Assembly: GCA_030612265.1 (NCBI GenBank)
Contig: JAUWOE010000011.1
Coordinates: 10,606-34,605, forward strand
From: Promethearchaeum sp.
GTDB taxonomy: Archaea > Asgardarchaeota > Lokiarchaeia > Sigyniarchaeales > Promethearchaeaceae
Length of the DNA: 24,000 nt
Reading direction: 5' to 3'
The notes under the pieces are model-generated. The model saw only the letters and a program-made list of their open reading frames with translations. It searched no databases and was not told the origin of the DNA. Position numbers and translations under genes: made by a program. Of this stretch, positions 1 to 7,306 are shown piece by piece (the first letter of the stretch is position 1; each line of letters starts with the position of its first letter).

Positions 1-519
1 TCCTGCATGTAAATCCCATTGTTTTAATTGGTGACCACCAAGATTGGAAACTGGTTTCAAACCATTGAATTTAGTTATTTCTCGTTCAATAGCGACTCCT
101 ATATCGCGTAAAGGGACTCCAGGTTTGAAAAGAGGAATTGCAGCATAAAGCGCGTCTTTCACAGCTTTAATCAAATTATTAAATTTATCCGAATTTCCTA
201 AATTTATTGTTATTGCAGCGTCTGAAACATATCCATCAACATGCCCACCTAAATCAATTTTTAATAAACCTTCTTTTGGTAAAGTCTTAGAATCATCTAT
301 TATTGGAGAATAATGTGCAGCTTCTACATCTAACGAAATATTAGCTGGAAATGACCATCCATCAGCGCCTTGTTCAATAATATCATTTTCTAAAATTGTA
401 GCAAGATCATATAGATTGGTTCCCGGTCGAGCTATTTTATAAGCTAATTTTAAAGCATGAGCAACTGCTTGTCCAGCTTTAAGATATTTTTCGGTAATTT
501 CAGATTCTAAAGGGGGCAT
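1..519 (-). CDS. map: Methionine aminopeptidase, type II (archaeal/eukaryotic type). N-terminal 173 codons only; the C-terminus lies beyond the left window edge.
   Basis: The reverse frame is open from position 1 to the ATG (plus-strand CAT at 517-519). It is absent from the ORF track because it runs off the window. My translation is MPPLESEITEKYLKAGQAVAHALKLAYKIARPG...FPANISLDVEAAHYSP...LKIDLGGHVDGYVSDAAITI...VSNLGGHQLKQWDLHAG. This follows the archaeal MetAP2 pattern (FP.N.S....AAHY.P, KID.G.H.DG, NL.GH, LHAG) block for block. Confidence 0.9.
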   Translation of the reverse strand, partial: MPPLESEITEKYLKAGQAVAHALKLAYKIARPGTNLYDLATILENDIIEQGADGWSFPANISLDVEAAHYSPIIDDSKTLPKEGLLKIDLGGHVDGYVSDAAITINLGNSDKFNNLIKAVKDALYAAIPLFKPGVPLRDIGVAIEREITKFNGLKPVSNLGGHQLKQWDLHAG

Positions 520-579
520 TTATCTCAATTATTGATAACTTCCCATATGTTTTAATTGTTTTCTGAAATTTGAATAATT

Positions 580-1509
580 GTGGATAAAAAATTATTTTTT
601 TCATATCTTTATTTAATCATAGCAATTTTTTTATGGGCAACTATAGAAATCGCGATGAGTTTAATTCAAGATAACACAACCCCAATACTAATCAATTTTC
701 TTCGGTTTTTTATTGGGGGGATAAGTTTATTGTTTTATAATATTTTAACCAGAAACACTCAAACTTTAAAGAATTTAATTAAAACTTTTCCGAAATCATA
801 TCTTATCGCTTCTTTCTTTGGTTTAACTATAGGTATGACTTTGTTTGCATATGGAACATCAATGACTGAACCCTTTTTGGCGGCAGCCATTATAAGTTCG
901 AATCCCCTTTTAATTTCAACATATATGATCTTATTTAAAGGTGAGAAGCGTTCATTTAAAAAAATTTTCGGGATAATTTTAGGATTCATTGGCATGATTA
1001 TGATTATAACTGATTTTAAATTCAAGGATTTTCTCCAAACGGAATATATGATAGGAAACATATTAGTTTTCATTGGAACCGCGTTATGGTGCGTAGACTT
1101 GATTATTGGAAAGACATTATTAGAAAAAACTAAAGAGAATGAAGACAATTTTAAAGTAACAAGCTTGGATTTCAATATTGTTACCTTCCTTGCATCATCT
1201 CTTTTTATGATTCCACTTCTTACACTTCCGGGAGAATTTACAATATTAATAAATCAAAACTTGAGAACTTGGTTAATATTATTATATCTTGGTATCCTAG
1301 CAACTGGAGTTTCTTATCTTTTATTCTTTAAAGGAATAAGCAAGATGGAAGCTTCAAAAGGGATTAACCTTGTGTATCTGAAACCAATTTTTGCCACAAC
1401 TTTATCGTTTGTTATATTTAAAACTAATCCGAGCTTATTTTTTTATATTGGATGCACAATTGAAGTTCTAGCACTGATAATTATCTCCTACGAAAAATCC
1501 CCAAAGTGA
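580..1509 (+). CDS. EamA/DMT-superfamily permease (about 10 TM helices)
   Basis: 309-aa ORF that is hydrophobic throughout, with two similar halves as in EamA-repeat transporters. GTG start: the first in-frame ATG is codon 26 and would remove TM1. Its stop (TGA 1507-1509) overlaps the GTG of the next ORF, suggesting co-transcription. Confidence 0.7.
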   Translation: MDKKLFFSYLYLIIAIFLWATIEIAMSLIQDNTTPILINFLRFFIGGISLLFYNILTRNTQTLKNLIKTFPKSYLIASFFGLTIGMTLFAYGTSMTEPFLAAAIISSNPLLISTYMILFKGEKRSFKKIFGIILGFIGMIMIITDFKFKDFLQTEYMIGNILVFIGTALWCVDLIIGKTLLEKTKENEDNFKVTSLDFNIVTFLASSLFMIPLLTLPGEFTILINQNLRTWLILLYLGILATGVSYLLFFKGISKMEASKGINLVYLKPIFATTLSFVIFKTNPSLFFYIGCTIEVLALIIISYEKSPK

Positions 1510-3083
1510 AGTCAATCATGAAAATTTCCCCAATCAAAAAATTTTATAATAAATATTTTCCAAATCACATGATTTACTTCTTAATTTTAGCTATCCTCAT
1601 AAAATTGGGCTTTTTTTTATATGGTATTTATTGTTATAAAATGGGTATTTCAGTTACTTTCAATTCAATTTTTGCTGAATGGGCGAATGAATGGTGGCAT
1701 GTAGAAGGTTTAAGTGATTTTAATGGCGATTATATGATGTTTCGAGATAATTGGTTAAATGAAGAACCACTTTACTCAGAAGCATTTAATGGAAGATACC
1801 TTTATCCACCATTATATTACTATTTAATTAATCTTTTTTCAAAATGGACCATTTTTTCAGCACCAATCGTTATGTTCATCTTTAATATCGCAACGGGATA
1901 TCTTGTCTTTCATCTTTCTAAAAGTCTTGGTGCTAGTGGGAAATTTTCAACTACAATGATGCTACTCACATTATTATCCCCTTTTAATTTACTTTACTCA
2001 GATTATATATGGCAGAACACAGGTGTTTTTACAACTTTTGTAGTTTGGAGCATGTTAGAAATTAGTAAAGAACGTTATGAAACAGGAATGGTATTAATTG
2101 GTATAGCTATTTGCATTAAACAAGTTGCTATTTTTTTCCTACCTGTATTTCTTTTAGGAATTGTGTATAAAGTTAATACTATCTCGGAATATAAAAGTAA
2201 ATCGAGGAATAAATTTGTAGAATATATTAGATCGGTGAATTGGTCTAAACTAATTTATTATACTTCAATACCAATCATAATTTTTATAATTTGTTCAATT
2301 CCCTTCATTTTTACGATTCCAGAAACATATTTTAGGCAGTTATTTGGAGGATTCAATATGAAAGTTGAAGATATTATAGAAACTTTTGATAATGTCGTCA
2401 CAGTCTACAATAGAGATGGATTCTTGGGATATTTTCCAAATTCATCATTAATTGAAGGGGAAGAAATTTATCGAGCAAATCATCGCAGTGCGTTGGATTT
2501 AGCTCTAGCTTGGATTGGATTCCTTTTCAGAATTCCAACTTTCATTACAATTGGATTTTCAATTTTATTCCATTTCAATTTCTTTATGTTATTATTTGTA
2601 ATAATTGTCAATGTAAATTTCTGGAGAATTGCAAAAAAAAAGAAATACTCTACAGATAAAGAATACTACTGGCTGATGTGGTTTTCAGCTTCTCTTAGCT
2701 TTTTTGCTCTTCTAGTATTTTATGATTACGGAATTTACAAATACTACTTTGTTTCATTAACACCGTTTTGGGCAATGTTCGGTTTATCTGGGAAACTAAA
2801 TCATTCAATCTGGAAAAAAAATTATAAGGTTTCTAAATTAAAAGATCAATTTTTTGGAGGAGGAGCGATTATTCACGTTGTATCCCAGTTAATTCTACAG
2901 ATAATTATGATATATTTCAATAAATGGCTTGCACCTGTATTTCTTTTCCTTCCACTTTTCTTATTTTCTTTCGTGAATCATTGGAAAAGGAGTAAATCGG
3001 AAAAAATTTGGAGATTTAGTGAAAAATTTAACTTAAATCCAACAATTTATGTAGATTTACAATCTCTCTGCGTTGAACCTTAA
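1506..3083 (+). CDS. Polytopic GT-C-type glycosyltransferase, candidate PIG-M/PimE (DUF2029)-like mannosyltransferase
   Basis: 525-aa multi-TM ORF. The first loop, LSDFNGDYMMFRDNWLNEEPLYSEAFNGRYLYPPLYYYL, parallels the PIG-M/DUF2029 loop motif as I recall it (TDIDY.VF.DAA....G.SPY....Y.Y.PLL). There is no STT3/AglB WWDYG motif. The start may be the ATG at 1518 rather than the GTG at 1506. Confidence 0.55.
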   Translation: MKSIMKISPIKKFYNKYFPNHMIYFLILAILIKLGFFLYGIYCYKMGISVTFNSIFAEWANEWWHVEGLSDFNGDYMMFRDNWLNEEPLYSEAFNGRYLYPPLYYYLINLFSKWTIFSAPIVMFIFNIATGYLVFHLSKSLGASGKFSTTMMLLTLLSPFNLLYSDYIWQNTGVFTTFVVWSMLEISKERYETGMVLIGIAICIKQVAIFFLPVFLLGIVYKVNTISEYKSKSRNKFVEYIRSVNWSKLIYYTSIPIIIFIICSIPFIFTIPETYFRQLFGGFNMKVEDIIETFDNVVTVYNRDGFLGYFPNSSLIEGEEIYRANHRSALDLALAWIGFLFRIPTFITIGFSILFHFNFFMLLFVIIVNVNFWRIAKKKKYSTDKEYYWLMWFSASLSFFALLVFYDYGIYKYYFVSLTPFWAMFGLSGKLNHSIWKKNYKVSKLKDQFFGGGAIIHVVSQLILQIIMIYFNKWLAPVFLFLPLFLFSFVNHWKRSKSEKIWRFSEKFNLNPTIYVDLQSLCVEP

Positions 3084-4194
3084 TGATTTTTTTTGCTTCA
3101 ACTAAATTAGATTTTAATGATTGCATTTCTTCTAAAATCTCTTTCAATTTTGAATCTAATTCAGGATCTGTTGTGATATTGGAATTGATTCTTAAGGTTT
3201 GGGCAATTTCAAGTTTATTTTTAAGATCGGTTATTTTATCATTTAAGGATTTAATTTCCCTTTCAGTTTTTTGATTTTTATCTCTGGAAACTTCTAATTC
3301 AGCATTAATTTCGGCAATATTAATTCTTAAATCAAATAATTTCTTTGAATCGGAAGAATTTTCTATTTCACCTTCTAATTCCTTTACTTTTTGAATAAGG
3401 TTATTTACTGAGTCTTTCAGTTTTTGGTTTATTTCATTAGCTGTTTCCAATTGTTTTCTCCAAATAAGCGATTTATCTTTCTGAACCTTCAAAGTTTCTT
3501 CTTTTTCTTCTTTTTCATGAGTAAGAGAAACTTTTTCTTCTGTTAATTCCCTAACCTTATCTTTCCAACCCATAAGTTCTTTTCTTAATTTTTCAATTTT
3601 TTCTTCATAACGTATCTCTAACTCGTTTAATCTCTTCTTTATATCCTCTGAATGAGAATCATCAATTGTTTGAGTAGGTGAGTCAATTTTACTTCTAGTT
3701 TCAAATTTGGGAGGAGTAGTTATACTAATTGGTTTGGATTTTCCTAAGTTCTCAATTAAATTTTTAAATTTTTGTCCCAATATTTCATCGAAATCTTGAT
3801 ATTTAGGGTCTTTTGATAAACCTTCACTAATCTCTCCATCGTTTTCTCGAATATAAGCAAGCATTGGGAGGACTTCTTTCGCAACTTTTTTTAAAGGTTC
3901 TTCAAAAAGAGTCGGATTTTCATTGTCCAATATAATACCCAAACATTGATTTGGATACCCGATGAAATTATTATCAATACCTGAAAAAAATGATCCGATT
4001 TGAACGCCTTTAATTTTCAGGTAAATATAGTTAGGATTAGAATTTCGCATTCTATTAAACGAATAAATTTTATTCTGGTCAACTGAGTTAATTTTTAACT
4101 GATCTGAAATTCCACTTGGATATTCTCTGTCAATGAAGGCTCCAGGGACCTTATGGTAACTTAACAAAAATATTCCTTTCATTTCAAAAATCAT
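3028..4194 (-). CDS. Longin/uDENN-like N-terminal globular domain fused to a ~200-aa coiled coil; function unknown
   Basis: 388-aa ORF. Residues 1-150 show a beta-beta-alpha-beta-beta-beta-alpha hydrophobic pattern (GIFLLSYHK, GAFIDREYP, YIYLKIKGVQIGSFF, QCLGIILD, FEEPLKKVAKEVLPML). Residues ~185-388 are heptad-like and rich in K/E/L/I/N (KKRLNELEIRYEEKIEKLRKELMGWKDKVRELTEEK...). No TM segment. Confidence 0.6.
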   Translation of the reverse strand: MIFEMKGIFLLSYHKVPGAFIDREYPSGISDQLKINSVDQNKIYSFNRMRNSNPNYIYLKIKGVQIGSFFSGIDNNFIGYPNQCLGIILDNENPTLFEEPLKKVAKEVLPMLAYIRENDGEISEGLSKDPKYQDFDEILGQKFKNLIENLGKSKPISITTPPKFETRSKIDSPTQTIDDSHSEDIKKRLNELEIRYEEKIEKLRKELMGWKDKVRELTEEKVSLTHEKEEKEETLKVQKDKSLIWRKQLETANEINQKLKDSVNNLIQKVKELEGEIENSSDSKKLFDLRINIAEINAELEVSRDKNQKTEREIKSLNDKITDLKNKLEIAQTLRINSNITTDPELDSKLKEILEEMQSLKSNLVEAKKIIKVQRREIVNLHKLLDLS

Positions 4195-4202
4195 GAGGAT
4201 AA

Positions 4203-5018
4203 ATGCAAAAAAATTTATTAAATTTTCTTCTTATTTACTCAATGGAGGATAGACGGTTTTTTTCTATATTTTTGGGTAATTTTCAAACGAAACAATTAAA
4301 AAAATATATTTTAATAACATTTATGATCATAGTTACGCTTTTATGCATTTCATGGATATTGTATCCTAAAGAGTTAAATTATTCAATTATGACACATACT
4401 ATTTCATATTTAGGTGATTATGAAAAAAATCCAAATGGTTGGATATTCTTTAGCATAGCATTTATTTTCATGTCAATCTTTTTTATTCCTTTGATATTAT
4501 ATATACAAAAACGAATTTTTAAAATTTCACAAGTGGGTTCTTGGATAGGGACTTCTTTTTTATTTGTAGGTGCAGTGTGTGGATTTACAACAGCGTTATT
4601 ACCTGATGTCTACGGAACAAACTTTATAAAAGATCTATCACTTGGAAAAATTCATAATATTGTAGCATTATTTGCAATTTTTGGTTTTATTTTAGGTCTT
4701 TTTGAATATGGAATCCTATTTTTCATAGATTACTGGCCAATTTTTCATCGAAATCGTGAGGGGGTATATGCTTACTTGTCGGTTTTTCCAGTGTTTCTCC
4801 CATTCACTCTTATTGGAATTGGTACTTTGATTACTCAAATAATTCGTGTTAGATTGGGAGGAGAATGGCCAGGTCCAGGTATTTTAAGCTTTCCCTTATG
4901 GGAGTGGATGTTATCTCTAACATTTTTCATAACTATCTATGGCTTAGCCTTAAGATTATCTCAAAAAATCCCGAAGAATATCAATCCGGATTCTGAACAA
5001 TTAAGTAACTTCCAATAA
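4203..5018 (+). CDS. DUF998-like polytopic membrane protein (paralog A); the start is probably the ATG at 4242
   Basis: 271-aa ORF with about 6-7 TM helices. The motifs ISYLGDYEKNPNGWIFFSIAFIF and FPLWEWMLSL are shared with the convergent neighbour. The track start at 4203 leaves only 8 nt to the divergent ATG at 4194, whereas Met14 (4242) fits the TATA spacing. Confidence 0.7.
   Translation: MQKNLLNFLLIYSMEDRRFFSIFLGNFQTKQLKKYILITFMIIVTLLCISWILYPKELNYSIMTHTISYLGDYEKNPNGWIFFSIAFIFMSIFFIPLILYIQKRIFKISQVGSWIGTSFLFVGAVCGFTTALLPDVYGTNFIKDLSLGKIHNIVALFAIFGFILGLFEYGILFFIDYWPIFHRNREGVYAYLSVFPVFLPFTLIGIGTLITQIIRVRLGGEWPGPGILSFPLWEWMLSLTFFITIYGLALRLSQKIPKNINPDSEQLSNFQ
4211..4225. promoter_or_regulatory. 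Palindromic TATA-like element, candidate bidirectional promoter core
   Basis: AAATTTA-T-TAAATTT is a perfect 7+7 inverted repeat centred on T4218. The centre lies 24 nt from the A of the minus-strand ATG at 4194 and 24 nt from the A of the plus-strand in-frame ATG at 4242. Confidence 0.4.
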
Positions 5019-5718
5019 TCCAATAAACGATACCCAGAACCAAAATCCATTCCCACAATGGTAAAGAAAAATTAATCAAAATTATTCTATGGTAATAATA
5101 TAGCCAGAACAAGAAAAATACAAATAAAAACCCTATTAAAGTTCCATAAAACACAATATATAAACCAACAATTTGCCAAATTTTTGGCCAAGGGTCTTTA
5201 TTAATTATTTTTTTGATAAAAATATAGAGATAACAAGAAAATACAGTTGTAAATCCTATAATAGCAATTATTGCATTTGTATAATGAGGAATGGGATTAT
5301 CCTCAGGAAAAAATCCAACTCCAATAACACAAATACATGAAATTATGCTTATAACAAGAGCAGATCTTGAAGTATGATAAGCGGTAGGTCGGAAAATTCT
5401 ATAAATATAAATGAAATAAGGAATAAAAAGTAAACCTGAAAAAATAAGAGCAATTCTGAATAATATAAATCCATTTGGATTTTCTGACTTAATTCCAAGA
5501 CTGCTTACACTTTCTCTAAGCATTAAATGAGGATCATTGTATATAATAGCCGAAATTATTATTAAAATGACTACAACAGAAAAAGTTGAGAAAAATAGGT
5601 ATCCTTGATTTTTCTTTGAACTTCTCCCTTGTAAAATCGATACAAAGAGGGAATTTTTGGTATTGGAATTCATAAAAAAACTTCTTCTCCTCTCTTTTAA
5701 ATTACTATTTATAAGCAT
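4981..5718 (-). CDS. DUF998-like polytopic membrane protein (paralog B), last gene of the minus-strand operon
   Basis: 245-aa ORF. VSSLGIKSENPNGFILFRIALIFSGLLFIPYFIY and LPLWEWILVL align with paralog A. Its ATG lies 14 nt inside the 3-prime end of the upstream amidohydrolase gene (5705-5718 overlap). Confidence 0.7.
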   Translation of the reverse strand: MLINSNLKERRRSFFMNSNTKNSLFVSILQGRSSKKNQGYLFFSTFSVVVILIIISAIIYNDPHLMLRESVSSLGIKSENPNGFILFRIALIFSGLLFIPYFIYIYRIFRPTAYHTSRSALVISIISCICVIGVGFFPEDNPIPHYTNAIIAIIGFTTVFSCYLYIFIKKIINKDPWPKIWQIVGLYIVFYGTLIGFLFVFFLFWLYYYHRIILINFSLPLWEWILVLGIVYWIIGSYLIVQNPD

Positions 5719-7282
5719 TTGTTAGCATAGTTGTTGCATCTTCTGAATTTGCTGCAGGAAAAGAATTTTTGAACATTTCATGAAACATTTGTCTTGTATC
5801 GGGATCAAAATATTTATATCCCATCTGTTTCCATTCAAAGTTCCCAGCGCTCATTAATCCCACATCATCATGTAAATTTAGTATTACTAATGGAATTATT
5901 TTTTCTGGATTAAGTTTGGATTGTGTGACAAGGCAAGATTCATTATTGTATTTACTCCAATCTTCATTAAATTGTAGTAAATGTTGCTTTATATCCATAA
6001 CACCATTATCTATTAGATTTGCTAAAGTTTGAAACATCATATGCTTAACAGATACAGGTTCTTTTGGCATTTTTGGATGATTTTGAGGAAGAATTTTTGA
6101 ATCTTGGATAATAGTTGATACGGGAGTAATATTATTTGAAAATTTAACTTCTCGTCCATATTCGGGAAATAATTTTAGCTGATTTAATCCAAGAATATTA
6201 ATTATATCCTGCAAATTTCCTCCATTTTCAAAAAAGGACGAATACATAATGTTATCAAAGAAAGCTTTTGCGTGCATTTCTTGGAAATATGTATAATCGG
6301 AACCGTACAAGCAAAATTCCGACCATCTCCTTCCTGTTTTCTTTTGAACCCCATTTTGTTCACACCACTCGCTAAATCCTTTGAAGAAACGTTCTACTGT
6401 CTTTCCTTGGCAAAGTGACATATCCATATATGTATTGGGTTGCGCTATTGTATTATAGACTTCAAAATCATCAATGTTCCCTGCAGCAGCGTGAGCAATT
6501 ATAACTTTTAAATTATTCAATAAATGTGGAAATTGTTTTTTTATAATCATACGCGTTTTTGAAACTAATTCGCCAATATCTAAAATGGTTTGCCTACCTC
6601 GAGTATCGAAAATAACAGGCCAATTATATGAAGCTGCTTTGATTAAATTATTGATAGAATTTTGAGAAGTAACTTTGTCTAACCACCCTTCAGAGCGCGG
6701 ATGTAATTTTAGTCCTCTAATATTATTTATTCCATTAGCCCAGTAATCAATTTCATCAAGCGCCTTTTTTCTTTCGTCCGGATGCACTCTTATATACCCA
6801 TTCAATCTTAAACTAACAGGAAATTTGGAAACCTGGCGCGAAATATTTGTATTACTAGCACGATATAATGCTTCTGGTTTTTTATCACGGAATATATCTT
6901 GAAACGGGAACACTACACCTTGATCAATAAGGTTTTGATATTTTATTCGCTCCCAGTAGTCTGTATAACTCCCACTTTTATTCCGTGCTTGTAATTCTTT
7001 GAAAATTCTTTTTATTATGGGCATTTGAACAAATTCTAGTGAAATTTTGGTTGGAACTCTATCAATGACAGTATCATATGTTGGAGATGTTTTTCCATCT
7101 GCCCAGTCTTTTAAAATCAAATGTTCAATTCTGCCCCAAAAATCGAAAGTCCCCTGCCCTGCTTGCATTGGATTCATCATTTCGTGGCCGTCAACGTCTT
7201 TACCCATATGACTGTGGCTGTCGATTACGATAATATTAGTTTCCCTGGTTTTTCCATTCACTACAGTTGTTATTTTCAGCAT
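5705..7282 (-). CDS. Amidohydrolase-2-type metal-dependent TIM-barrel hydrolase with a ~130-aa C-terminal extension
   Basis: 525-aa ORF. It carries the N-terminal HxH motif (IVIDSHSHMGKD), then GLKLHPRSEGW, VIFDTRG, KVIIAHAAAGN, YMDMS and LYGSDYTYF. This order is typical of amidohydrolase-2/COG2159-like enzymes. The tail after about residue 390 has no family I recognise. Confidence 0.7.
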   Translation of the reverse strand: MLKITTVVNGKTRETNIIVIDSHSHMGKDVDGHEMMNPMQAGQGTFDFWGRIEHLILKDWADGKTSPTYDTVIDRVPTKISLEFVQMPIIKRIFKELQARNKSGSYTDYWERIKYQNLIDQGVVFPFQDIFRDKKPEALYRASNTNISRQVSKFPVSLRLNGYIRVHPDERKKALDEIDYWANGINNIRGLKLHPRSEGWLDKVTSQNSINNLIKAASYNWPVIFDTRGRQTILDIGELVSKTRMIIKKQFPHLLNNLKVIIAHAAAGNIDDFEVYNTIAQPNTYMDMSLCQGKTVERFFKGFSEWCEQNGVQKKTGRRWSEFCLYGSDYTYFQEMHAKAFFDNIMYSSFFENGGNLQDIINILGLNQLKLFPEYGREVKFSNNITPVSTIIQDSKILPQNHPKMPKEPVSVKHMMFQTLANLIDNGVMDIKQHLLQFNEDWSKYNNESCLVTQSKLNPEKIIPLVILNLHDDVGLMSAGNFEWKQMGYKYFDPDTRQMFHEMFKNSFPAANSEDATTMLTNAYK

Positions 7283-7306
7283 TATTTTCGATTTCCTAGT
7301 ATTATT

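Noticed and set aside
759-1175. 138-aa minus-strand ORF inside the EamA permease gene
   Set aside because: It lies entirely antisense to a well-supported membrane-protein CDS. Its composition (K/I/F/N-rich, no recognisable motif) is what the reverse strand of an AT-rich gene produces.
1506-3083. Possibility that the large polytopic glycosyltransferase is the oligosaccharyltransferase AglB/STT3
   Set aside because: It has no WWDYG motif and no large soluble C-terminal domain. The loop motif fits PIG-M/DUF2029-type enzymes better.
3083-3274. 63-aa plus-strand ORF
   Set aside because: It is antisense to the coiled-coil region of the 388-aa gene and low-complexity, with no independent signals.
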